Origin: Nitrososphaerota archaeon
Lineage (GTDB): Archaea; Thermoproteota; Nitrososphaeria; Nitrososphaerales; Gagatemarchaeaceae
DNA: 64,000 nt
Assembly: GCA_029785085.1 (NCBI GenBank)
Contig: JAFMAI010000003.1
Span: 50,570 to 114,569 of the forward strand
Direction: 5' to 3'
Positions 46,625-54,351 of this stretch are shown in pieces. Numbering within the stretch: position 1 is the stretch's first letter; every line of letters starts with the position of its first letter. The notes below the pieces were generated by a model that worked only from the letters and a program-made list of their open reading frames with translations, did not search any database and was not told the DNA's origin. The translations under genes and the position numbers were made by a program.

Positions 46625-47762
46625 CGGCCGACTCGAGTTCGGCCACCATAGAATCCTTGGCATCGTACTCGGCAGCCAGACCGCCGAGGACGGACGCCCT
46701 GATGCGATACCTCTCGTCTGAGAGCCTGGCGAGGGACTGTTCGAGGACGTCGAAGGTCAACTCTTCCTGTTTCACGACGAGCGAGACGCCCAACCTCGCT
46801 GCCTTGTCTGCGTTCCCCTCCTGCTCGGGCTGCTTCGGGATCGGCACGAGGATCGACGGCTTCGCCGCGAGCATCGTCTGGCCCACGGTCCCATGCCCCG
46901 CCCTGGACACGACGAGGTCGCAGTTGCGGAAGTAGAAGCCGGCGATCTCGCACCATCCGTAGAACCAGCCGCCTGGGATGTGGATCGCAGTCGTGTTCCC
47001 TGCGGGGTCGCCTCCGGTCACCACGAAGACATACCTGTCGCTCAGCCCTTCTGAGAGTTCCAGGGCCTTACGCAGGAATGGGAGCCTGGTCCTGGGGGGG
47101 CCGGATACCTGCCAGAAGACCTTGGTCCTGGTGTCCCTGACGAACTCTTGTGCGGGCCCGTCGGGGGCCGTCCCCCCGGCAGGGGAGATGAAGCCTACGT
47201 AGCGTGCCTTGGCCACGCCACTCCCCCACAGGTTCTTCTCGCTGACGGTGTAGGGCGGAGGCAGGTCTGGGAGGAAGATGCCATCGCTCAGCTTCCACAG
47301 CCTTCCCATGCCGGTTGAGATGCCGACGGAGAGCAGCCTGGACAGGGGGTTTGTCTTGGAGTGCGAGCTGGTCAGGTTGAGCTGGTTCAGGACTGTGAAC
47401 GTCGGAAGACGGAGGATCTTCCCGGCGAGCACCGTTGGCAGCGCAGAGTCTCCCAGGACGGCGTCAGGCGCGAATCTCCTGATGTTGGCGAGTTCGCCTG
47501 CAAGCTGCCTGTACGACCTCGCCAAGATGGCTGGCGTGTCCAGGAGGGTCTCCTTCACCAGGAACTCGCCGTCCTCTGAATAGCGCACGTCCGCTAGCGG
47601 GAGGCTGTTGCACCTGTACCCTCTGCCCCTGACGAGCTCCGCCGCCTCCCCCGAGGACGAGAACTCTACCTTCGCGCCTCGTGCAGAGAGCGCGCCCGCC
47701 ATCTCCAGCATCCTGCTGGCGTGGCCGAGACCAGAGCCGAAGCAGCCAATATACACCTTCAT
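46596..47762 (-). CDS. glycosyltransferase (GT28/GT1, MurG-like fold)
   Basis: The ATG at 47762 gives MKVYIGCFGSGLGHASRMLEMAGAL. C-terminal GHGTVGQTMLAAKPSILVPIP..EQEGNA. ATGA overlap with the upstream gene. Confidence 0.75.
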   Translation of the reverse strand: MKVYIGCFGSGLGHASRMLEMAGALSARGAKVEFSSSGEAAELVRGRGYRCNSLPLADVRYSEDGEFLVKETLLDTPAILARSYRQLAGELANIRRFAPDAVLGDSALPTVLAGKILRLPTFTVLNQLNLTSSHSKTNPLSRLLSVGISTGMGRLWKLSDGIFLPDLPPPYTVSEKNLWGSGVAKARYVGFISPAGGTAPDGPAQEFVRDTRTKVFWQVSGPPRTRLPFLRKALELSEGLSDRYVFVVTGGDPAGNTTAIHIPGGWFYGWCEIAGFYFRNCDLVVSRAGHGTVGQTMLAAKPSILVPIPKQPEQEGNADKAARLGVSLVVKQEELTFDVLEQSLARLSDERYRIRASVLGGLAAEYDAKDSMVAELESAATRGRRGPR

Positions 47763-48379
47763 CTCCGGGTCGCTTGTTCCACCCTTTCGGCGGTCCCGCC
47801 CGGCGAGGTCTCCGCGAAAATCTCTGCCTGGAAGACCTGCACCCTGGTCCCTTCTCTGAGCCAAGCATCCATTGGCAGCCCGGCTTTCGCGCAAGCCTCG
47901 GAGAGGAATGCTTCCCGGTCCCATCCCTGCTCGGTGGCGACCTGGGGCAAGAGGAGCCCACTGGCGTAGCGGTTGGAGACGATCAGGCCGTCCACGCCCA
48001 GCTTGATCTTCGAAGGGAGGTCCTTGCGGGCGGGGGCTGAGATGTCTCTGGGAGCGGTCAGCACGCTCACCTCTATCACTATGTGGTCGAGCTCCTCGGC
48101 GGCTATGGGGGACGGGAAACGTGGGTCTTCCGAGGCAAAGACAGCCACGTCCCTTATGGCCCGGCCCAGGGGCTTGACGGCCTCAGGGTAGCCTATGCAG
48201 CCTCTGAGGGCCTTCGTCCCCTCCAGTTCGGTGTTGACGGTGACGAAGACGCCATGTTTCTCGGAGAAGACTCCCGAGTCCGGGGGCCGTGAAGGAGGGG
48301 GCACCCTCCTGACGTGTGCCTCAAGGGTCTCCCTCGCCAGCGCTACCGCCGTCTTCCCCTCGGCGATTGTTAGTGGCAA
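47759..48379 (-). CDS. AMMECR1-domain protein
   Basis: 206 aa with GVFVTV...LRGCIGYPE, the AMMECR1 signature. Confidence 0.85.
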   Translation of the reverse strand: MPLTIAEGKTAVALARETLEAHVRRVPPPSRPPDSGVFSEKHGVFVTVNTELEGTKALRGCIGYPEAVKPLGRAIRDVAVFASEDPRFPSPIAAEELDHIVIEVSVLTAPRDISAPARKDLPSKIKLGVDGLIVSNRYASGLLLPQVATEQGWDREAFLSEACAKAGLPMDAWLREGTRVQVFQAEIFAETSPGGTAERVEQATRR

Positions 48380-48869
48380 GCTGCTTCTGACCGAGGCGGC
48401 CCGCGAGCGACCTTAACTTTTTCCAGTGGCTCCCCTTCCAGTAGACATGGCCACATCTGACACACCTGAAGAACGCTCTGTGGCTTCGCTGCACGCTGGC
48501 AGGGACCTCCGCCGACACCCCTGCCTTCCCCACCCTTTCGAGGGCGCTCCCGCACAGCGAACAGAGCGGATCGCCCGTGACCAATGCCAGGCCCAACGGT
48601 CCCGCGGCGTCCGCTATCTCAGAAAGTCTCTTGCCGTCGCTCCCCCCTCTCAGCAGGATCGCGGGGACCCCCCTCGCCCTGGCGAAGCCCGCCAGTTCGC
48701 GGTCGGCGGTCAGAACGACCCTCCCTTCCGTGGCCGCGAATCTGACCAGCTGGGCGTCCTCCCCGCTGCCATAGTAGGAGGTGTCGAAGCCCAGCGCCCT
48801 GAGCTTTCTCGCCAGCGACCCGAGCATGGCGTCCGCGGCGAAGGTCGGTCTCGCCCTACCAGTCGCCAT
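48321..48869 (-). CDS. Mut7-C/DUF82 PIN-like RNase-domain protein with C-terminal zinc ribbon
   Basis: FAADAMLGSLARKLRALGFDT..., then CSLCGSAL...CVRCGHVYWKGSHW. Confidence 0.75.
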   Translation of the reverse strand: MATGRARPTFAADAMLGSLARKLRALGFDTSYYGSGEDAQLVRFAATEGRVVLTADRELAGFARARGVPAILLRGGSDGKRLSEIADAAGPLGLALVTGDPLCSLCGSALERVGKAGVSAEVPASVQRSHRAFFRCVRCGHVYWKGSHWKKLRSLAGRLGQKQLATNNRRGEDGGSAGEGDP

Positions 48870-48881
48870 GGGGCGCAGGAC

Positions 48882-49316
48882 CTACCTTGTGGTCTCCGCG
48901 GTCTTCACGGACTCGTAGAGCCTGCGCGCCGCAGGGTCTTTCTCGAAGTGTTCCCTGATTGGCGCGATTATGGCGTCGAGGGCGCCGGCCACCCCCTTTT
49001 TGAGGTCAGCCGGGTGCAGCTTGCCAGCCAGGTACGCCTCTTCAAGCTCCGCATAGGCGGTAAACTCTACCGTTCCGCCGTACTTCTCCGGCCTTTCTAT
49101 CCTGAGGGTCTTTAGCTTCCTGAAGATGATGTACTTCGAGTAGTCCATCAGCGCATTGCCTGCCGCGACCTTGGGCGGGCAGTAGGCCGAGTTCACCTTG
49201 CGGGAAATCACTTCGACCCCGTCGTGGACGAAGATGGAACTCTCAGGCTTGCTCTTACTCATCTTGCTCGCTATCTCCGAGTCCAGGGCACGCATGTCAG
49301 GGCAAAACACTTTCAC
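48882..49316 (-). pseudogene. tyrS: C-terminal fragment of the resident tyrosyl-tRNA synthetase gene (KMSKS loop to C-terminus)
   Basis: Encodes KVFCPDMRALDSEIASKMSKSKPESSIFVHD...IERPEKYGGTVEF...LHPADLKK, high-GC like the flanks. Upstream of 49316 the frame loses all TyrRS similarity and hits a stop at 49374-49376. Confidence 0.8.
49307..49315. repeat. left copy of a 9-bp inverted repeat (ACACTTTCA) at the insert junction
   Basis: Reverse complement of 51799..51807. Coincides with the left homology and composition breakpoint. Confidence 0.4.
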
Positions 49317-49353
49317 ACACGTCTCGAGGCAGATGGCACGGGAACGCCTGATG

Positions 49354-49370
49354 CTTTTATCGATTATGAA
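49354..49370 (+). promoter_or_regulatory. TATA-like element upstream of the endonuclease gene
   Basis: cttttatcgattatgaa lies 16-32 nt upstream of the GTG at 49386. Confidence 0.3.
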
Positions 49371-49385
49371 TGACTACAATTCGAC

Positions 49386-50495
49386 GTGTTGGACGAGGTC
49401 ATCCTACGCGGCACGGCAGAGCCCTGGGAGAACGATTACTCGGACATCAAGCGATGCTGGCTCTGCGACCTCCCCAGCGAAGCAGAGATTTGCTCATACT
49501 GCACAATAAAACCAAAGCCAAAGCGCCAACCCTCTGAGCTGAGGTGGCCGCCATCAGAGGGTGACCTGGAAAAGCTCTACAATGATTCGGGGATGAGCCT
49601 TCATGATATCGCCAGATTCGTGGGCAGGGGATACGCTACTGTCCATTATTGGTTTCGCAAGTACGACTTGGTGAGAAGAAACCGTGAGGAAGCGTCGAGG
49701 TCGATCGTGAGAAAGTATCCGGTAAGAGGGTTTTCTGGCCGCATTTCAGAGAAGGCATACATGTTTGGGATTGCATTTGGCGATTTGCACGTCAAAAAAT
49801 CGCACAAATCGATTGAGGTCTACACATCTACGAGCGTACCTTCGATGGTTGATCTGTTGATAGACACGTTCGCCAAATACGCTCGGGCCAAGATTACACC
49901 CACTATCTATTATTTGAAGGGGAAGAAAATTGGCGGATGGCGTGTAAGGGCGTTCTTGGATCGGTCTTTCGCCTTCCTCCTAGAGAAGTACTCCGCTACC
50001 GTGCCTGATTGGGTCACATCATCAGATGATACATTTTGGTCATTTCTCGCTGGGCTTTTCGACTCGGAAGGCCATTCCGGAATATACAACAGCGAGAGAC
50101 ACCACGGAGGTTCTACAACACAACTGACTATAGTCAACACGAATCTGAAACTTATTCGATGGCTTCGTTCACGAATGGAGGCGCGTGGTTTCCATCCGAT
50201 AATCTCATCAGAACGATCTAACACAAGTGTATGGTACAGGCTGGAATTCGGACGGAGAGAAGAGCTTCAAACGCTACTCAGGATTCTACCGTCCCGTCAT
50301 CCAAAGAAGAAGGTCGTCGCCCGACTGTTGCTCAAGATACCTACAAGGATGGATGCGGAAACAAGTTCGAGAATTATCCAGGAATACAAGTTGCTAAAGC
50401 AGGCGATGAAGGAGGATGACAGAAGACAGGGGTTGTCTTCCATCTTTGTCCTTGAACAAACGTTTCACTCGAAGGACCAGAAGGACCAAGGCTAG
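49386..50495 (+). CDS. free-standing LAGLIDADG-family homing endonuclease-like protein with N-terminal CxxC..CxxC and HTH
   Basis: 369 aa with two LAGLIDADG-type motifs (AYMFGIAFGDLHV and FLAGLFDSEGHSG). N-terminus has CWLC...CSYC, then an HTH-like MSLHDIARFVGRGYATVHYWFRKY. It is not embedded in any host ORF. Confidence 0.75.
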   Translation: MLDEVILRGTAEPWENDYSDIKRCWLCDLPSEAEICSYCTIKPKPKRQPSELRWPPSEGDLEKLYNDSGMSLHDIARFVGRGYATVHYWFRKYDLVRRNREEASRSIVRKYPVRGFSGRISEKAYMFGIAFGDLHVKKSHKSIEVYTSTSVPSMVDLLIDTFAKYARAKITPTIYYLKGKKIGGWRVRAFLDRSFAFLLEKYSATVPDWVTSSDDTFWSFLAGLFDSEGHSGIYNSERHHGGSTTQLTIVNTNLKLIRWLRSRMEARGFHPIISSERSNTSVWYRLEFGRREELQTLLRILPSRHPKKKVVARLLLKIPTRMDAETSSRIIQEYKLLKQAMKEDDRRQGLSSIFVLEQTFHSKDQKDQG

Positions 50496-50545
50496 CCTCG
50501 GTGGAGACGGGGAGACGGGGTCGTGCGAATCCAATCCCGCAAATG

Positions 50546-50556
50546 CTCTTTAAGAG
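50546..50556 (+). promoter_or_regulatory. TATA-like element upstream of the cassette tyrS
   Basis: ctctttaagag lies about 20 nt upstream of the ATG at 50574. Confidence 0.3.
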
Positions 50557-50573
50557 CGCTCGAGAGCCGTAGT

Positions 50574-51665
50574 ATGTTGGCTTCGAGATTGGAATCCCTC
50601 AAGGCGACTCCAACTGAGGAGTTGCTCCAAGCGGATGAGTTTGCGGAACTTGTGGAACGGGAAACCCGTCCGAAGATGTACGTCGGGTTTGAAATCAGCG
50701 GGCAAGTGCACCTTGGCACGGGGATATTGAGCATGGCGAAAGTGAGAGACTTTCAAAGGGCCGGGTTCGAATGCACAATTTTCCTAGCCGATTGGCACAG
50801 TTGGTTGAATGGAAAGTTGAATGGAGACTTGGAGACCATTAGAGAGGTCGCAGGTGGCTATTTCAAAGCGGCGCTCGGAATCGGACTGAAGAGTGCCGGG
50901 GGCGATTCGGAATCTGTTAAGTTCGTAATGGGGAGCCAAATCTATGACCAGGAATATTGGGCACGCTTAGTCAATGTCTGCAAGAACCTGACGCTCAAGA
51001 GGGTCCAAAGGATGATCACCATTATGGGTCGCAAGGAGGGTGAAGAAACCAACTTCGCCCAGTTAGTCTATCCACCGATGCAAATAGCGGATATTTTCCA
51101 ACTCGGTGTGCACGTCGCCCAAGGAGGCATGGATCAGCGCAAAGCCCATGTAGGCGCAAGGGAGGTGGCTGACAAACTGGGGTTGCAGAAGCCGTTGGCT
51201 TTGCATCATCATCTACTCCTGGGCCTTACAGCGAGCGGTAGATCAATGCTGCCTTCTGGCGGGGATTTAACCGAACTCAAGACTGAGTTGAAAATGAGCA
51301 AGAGCAAGCCCCGTTCGGCCATATTCATCCATGATTCCCCTGAGGAAATAGAACGGAAGATTATGGCAGGGTACTGCCCTGAGAAGGAAACTGAGCTCAA
51401 CCCGGTGATTGACATACTTGAGTACGTTGTGCTCCCTGTAAAGCACAGGATTAAGATTGAACGTTCTCAGAAATATGGGGGAGACTTTGAGGTAAGGGAC
51501 GCGGCAGAACTCAAATCAGCCTATGCCCAAGGCAACTTACACCCGCTTGACCTGAAAATATCCACAATCAGGCTCTTGGTAGATTTGTTGCGACCAGCAC
51601 GAGAATTCTTTGAGGGCCACAGAGAATTGCTCTCGGTATTCCCCCGGGTCCAGACCAAAGAGTAA
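50574..51665 (+). CDS. tyrS: tyrosyl-tRNA synthetase (intact, cassette-borne, divergent from the resident fragments)
   Basis: Complete archaeal-type TyrRS: YVGFEISGQVHLGT, FLADWHSWLN, YPPMQIADI, KMSKSKP, IERSQKYGG, LHPLDLK. The ORF track starts at GTG 50523; the ATG at 50574 is preferred because of the TATA position. Confidence 0.9.
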   Translation: MLASRLESLKATPTEELLQADEFAELVERETRPKMYVGFEISGQVHLGTGILSMAKVRDFQRAGFECTIFLADWHSWLNGKLNGDLETIREVAGGYFKAALGIGLKSAGGDSESVKFVMGSQIYDQEYWARLVNVCKNLTLKRVQRMITIMGRKEGEETNFAQLVYPPMQIADIFQLGVHVAQGGMDQRKAHVGAREVADKLGLQKPLALHHHLLLGLTASGRSMLPSGGDLTELKTELKMSKSKPRSAIFIHDSPEEIERKIMAGYCPEKETELNPVIDILEYVVLPVKHRIKIERSQKYGGDFEVRDAAELKSAYAQGNLHPLDLKISTIRLLVDLLRPAREFFEGHRELLSVFPRVQTKE

Positions 51666-51798
51666 TCCTGATTACTCGAAGAACGATTCGACTCTGAAGT
51701 GGACATCGCAGTTTTAGACGGCGATTCCTTCATCAAGCTAAAGACATGTTCGCCTTAGGCTACTGCAGATTTGAATTGGAAATGGGACTTCGCCGAAT

Positions 51799-51807
51799 TG
51801 AAAGTGT
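51799..51807. repeat. right copy of the 9-bp inverted repeat (TGAAAGTGT) at the insert junction
   Basis: Reverse complement of 49307..49315. Spans the codons for His48-Phe49 where TyrRS similarity ends. Confidence 0.4.
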
Positions 51808-51947
51808 GCAAGCCCGCTAGGCTCGAAACCGTCGTAGGCCGTCGGGTGCTCATTCGTCTCGAGCAGAGCCCTCAGCTCGGCCTCCGTGATCACCTCCTCC
51901 CCCACCCCCTTGACAAGCTCCAGCCTCGATTCCAGGTCCATCTGCAC
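51804..51947 (-). pseudogene. tyrS: N-terminal fragment of the resident tyrosyl-tRNA synthetase gene (to the first His of the HIGH region)
   Basis: Encodes MQMDLESRLELVKGVGEEVITEAELRALLETNEHPTAYDGFEPSGLAH, then unrelated residues and a stop (ORF 51738..51947). A TATA-like ctgttttaacc lies 25-35 nt upstream of the ATG. Confidence 0.8.
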
Positions 51948-52057
51948 CCGGTCTCCGCGGCTCCGGTTAAAACAGTTGACAGCGAGGGGTGTAGGATGCG
52001 ACCCAGCAGCTAGAAAGTCTTAACTACGTTCAGGAGCGGCTGGCTTTCCGAATTCTA

Positions 52058-52531
52058 TTGCCCAACGCGAGGCACTGGGTGTACGGAGCCGCGATAGCTA
52101 CCTATGTCCTCAGCGTCTGGGGTGCCTACGTCACCGTAGGCGACTTCGGTGCCGGGTGCGGGACGGGGTTGGGAGCCAGCTGGCCTCTCTGCAACGGCGC
52201 CCTCTTCCCGAGCTTCGCCCACTACGCCACCCTGATAGAGTATATCCACAGGATGCTGAGCGTGGTCGCGGGGCTGGTGATTCTCTACGCCACCGTCAAG
52301 GTCTGGAGGGTGAAGCCGAGGCCGTCCCTCCCGTCCAAGCTCATGCTCCTAGCCATTGTGCTGATACCCATCCAGGTCGGAATCGGCGGAGGGGTCATAG
52401 CGTCAGGGCTGGCCCCGACCGTCGCGACGACGCACTTCGCCTTCGCCCTCGTGATCTTGGCGATCATAGTCTTCGCGGGGGCCCTGATGTTCGCGGAAGC
52501 GAGGCAAAGGGGCCTGCCAGCGAAGAGTTAG
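52058..52531 (+). CDS. ctaA: short (4-TM) heme A synthase, CtaA/COX15 family
   Basis: 157 aa with GAGCGTGLGASWPLCNG and IEYIHRML (His ligand), resembling the half-size archaeal CtaA type. Confidence 0.65.
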   Translation: MPNARHWVYGAAIATYVLSVWGAYVTVGDFGAGCGTGLGASWPLCNGALFPSFAHYATLIEYIHRMLSVVAGLVILYATVKVWRVKPRPSLPSKLMLLAIVLIPIQVGIGGGVIASGLAPTVATTHFAFALVILAIIVFAGALMFAEARQRGLPAKS

Positions 52532-52712
52532 CGCCGCCGTCGCCGCTCCTCGGGACGCCTGACCTGCTGGAGCAGGACCTCAGGACGTCGAGGCTACGGC
52601 CGCGAGGGACAGCCCTTTGACGGGCGAGGAGGCGGCAGCGTGTGTTGTGAGCGACCGCGGGAGACGCGTCAAATCCAGGCCCAGCGCCGCCATCAGAGAG
52701 CCGAGTTCTAGC

Positions 52713-53048
52713 CTATGCTTTCTTGATCAGGGTCTCGACCTTCGACTTCAGCACCGTCGAAGGGACGGCCCCCACCACTATGTCTTCCACTTTGCCCTTC
52801 GAGAAGAACATGACGGTGGGGATGCTCATTATGCCGAACTGCGACGCGAGTTCCTGGTTGGCGTCCGTGTCCACCTTCACGAACTTTACTCTGCCGTCAT
52901 ACTCCTTGGAGAGCTGATGGATCACCGGCTCCATCATCTTGCAGGGGCCGCACCAGTCGGCGTAAAAGTCCACGACCACAGGCTGGGAGGCTTTCACGAC
53001 CGCGTCCTGGAACCCGCTCGACTTCACTGAGATAACTGAATCTGTCAT
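52713..53048 (-). CDS. trxA: thioredoxin
   Basis: VVVDFYADWCGPCKMM active site. The ATG at 53048 gives 111 aa. Confidence 0.9.
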   Translation of the reverse strand: MTDSVISVKSSGFQDAVVKASQPVVVDFYADWCGPCKMMEPVIHQLSKEYDGRVKFVKVDTDANQELASQFGIMSIPTVMFFSKGKVEDIVVGAVPSTVLKSKVETLIKKA

Positions 53049-53073
53049 GTGCTGAACCAACCCGTTTCCCTGT

Positions 53074-54297
53074 TCATAAATCTGCCTTGGGCCCGACTGC
53101 ACAGGCCCTGGGCATGGACTCGGCCAGGTTGGAGCTCTTCAGCACGTCCCCGACCGGGTTGTAGGAGACCAGGGTACCCTGGTCGAGAACCGTCTGCACT
53201 AGTTCCGGGAGCCTCAGCCTCCGGACGTATTCGTCGACAAGGTCAGACTTGACCCGCGTCCGAGGATGTCTGGTTATGATGGCGCAGCAGTCTTTGTACT
53301 CCTCAAGAGAGAGGTCGTACGTCGAGATGCGCCTGGCCATGCCTATGATCTCGTCCTTGTCGTAGGCAAGGAGCGGCCTGAGTATCGGCAAAGAGGAGCC
53401 GTGGTCGAAGGACGCCAGGTTCCACAGAGTCTGGGAGGCCGCCTGGGAGAGGGAGTCGCCGGTAGAGACGGCGACGGCGCCGAGGGCAGGCGCCAGCGCC
53501 TCCGCGGTCATCCGCATGAATCTTCGGAAGAGCGACGGCTCAAGGTCCCCCGGCCCCTCGGCGGTTGCCAGCTGGTACTCCGCGAATGGGATTAGGATCA
53601 AGGTGCTCTTCCCACCATAGGAAGAGAGTACCTTGACCTGCTTTGTGACCTTGCTGTCCAGAGCATTCCTGGGGGTCGGCGCGAGATAGAAGTGGAGGTA
53701 GACGGGCACGCATCCCCGCTTCATCAGGAGCCACGCCGCCACCGGGGAGTCGATTCCTCCGGAAAAGAGATGCAGGACCCGGCCTGCCGTCCCCACAGGG
53801 AGACCGCCTGGTCCGGGGGTCTTGTTGGAATAGACGAACGCGTTGGACTTCGTCACGTCGACACGGATCACGACCTCCGGATTGGTGAGATCCACCTTCA
53901 TCCCTGTCTCCTCCTGGACGGCTGCCCCAAGCCTCACCGCCAGATCCCTCGAGGTCAACGGGTAACCCTTGTCGGAGCGCCTCGGCTCGACCTTGAAGGT
54001 TCTCCCACTCGACGTCCTGGCCGCGTCTAGCACCGCCCGCCGGATCGTGCCAAAGTCGAGCCCCACCGGCGTGACCTCCGAGAACCAGGCTATGCCGAAG
54101 GTCCTCCTCAGCCGTGCCGTGACTTCCTGGGTGGTCCCAGCCGCGTTGACCACGAACCTCCCCTCTCTGAGCTCGACCTCGGGGGCGAGCCCGCTCAGCG
54201 ACCGGGCTATGTTCCTGCGGAGCACGCGGACAAACTCGGGCCTGTTCTTCCCCTTCAAAGCGACCTCAGAGTAGTGGACCACGTATGCGGGGGCCAT
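53074..54297 (-). CDS. thiI: tRNA 4-thiouridine synthase ThiI (THUMP plus PP-loop)
   Basis: 407 aa. N-terminus YSEVALKGKNRPEF, a THUMP region, and PP-loop LFSGGIDSPVAAW. Confidence 0.85.
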   Translation of the reverse strand: MAPAYVVHYSEVALKGKNRPEFVRVLRRNIARSLSGLAPEVELREGRFVVNAAGTTQEVTARLRRTFGIAWFSEVTPVGLDFGTIRRAVLDAARTSSGRTFKVEPRRSDKGYPLTSRDLAVRLGAAVQEETGMKVDLTNPEVVIRVDVTKSNAFVYSNKTPGPGGLPVGTAGRVLHLFSGGIDSPVAAWLLMKRGCVPVYLHFYLAPTPRNALDSKVTKQVKVLSSYGGKSTLILIPFAEYQLATAEGPGDLEPSLFRRFMRMTAEALAPALGAVAVSTGDSLSQAASQTLWNLASFDHGSSLPILRPLLAYDKDEIIGMARRISTYDLSLEEYKDCCAIITRHPRTRVKSDLVDEYVRRLRLPELVQTVLDQGTLVSYNPVGDVLKSSNLAESMPRACAVGPKADL

Positions 54298-54351
54298 GGG
54301 CAGGTTCGGCCTCCGCCTGAGCGACGATTAAGCCGTTCGGCCTGGGAAAGG

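Larger units (their letters stand above)
49317..51803. mobile_element. about 2.5 kb lower-GC insert replacing the tyrS core (endonuclease gene plus xenologous tyrS)
   Basis: Bounded by the two resident tyrS fragments. Hand counts of five 60-nt lines inside give about 43-55% G+C, against about 63% in one flanking line counted. Both cargo genes are on the strand opposite the resident tyrS. Confidence 0.6.

Noticed and set aside
50472-50518. Short tandem duplications aaggacca x2 and ggagacgg x2 at the endonuclease 3' end and in the spacer.
   Set aside because: There are only two copies of each 8-mer, which is too short to call a repeat element or CRISPR-like array. They are mentioned only as part of the cassette description.
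51672-51758. Short plus-strand frame LLEERFDSEVDIAVLDGDSFIKLKTCSP downstream of the cassette tyrS. Its VLDGDSFI resembles intein block A (C-L-x-G-D-S/T-x-I/V).
   Set aside because: It is only 28 codons and lacks the nucleophilic Cys/Ser at position 1. No downstream intein blocks follow. It could be a relic of the donor locus but is indistinguishable from chance.
49307-51807. The idea that the tyrS locus is simply inverted between the 9-bp inverted repeats, and that flipping it would restore one gene.
   Set aside because: After a mental inversion, the N-terminal stub would be followed by the endonuclease gene and a complete second tyrS, not by the missing core. The two TyrRS sequences are only about 45% identical, so they are not halves of one gene.
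52558-52584. Imperfect hairpin CCTGA-CCTGCT-GG-AGCAGG-ACC-TCAGG after ctaA, as a possible terminator.
   Set aside because: It is GC-rich with a 2-nt loop and a bulge. No adjacent oligo-T tract is present, which is what archaeal termination normally uses.
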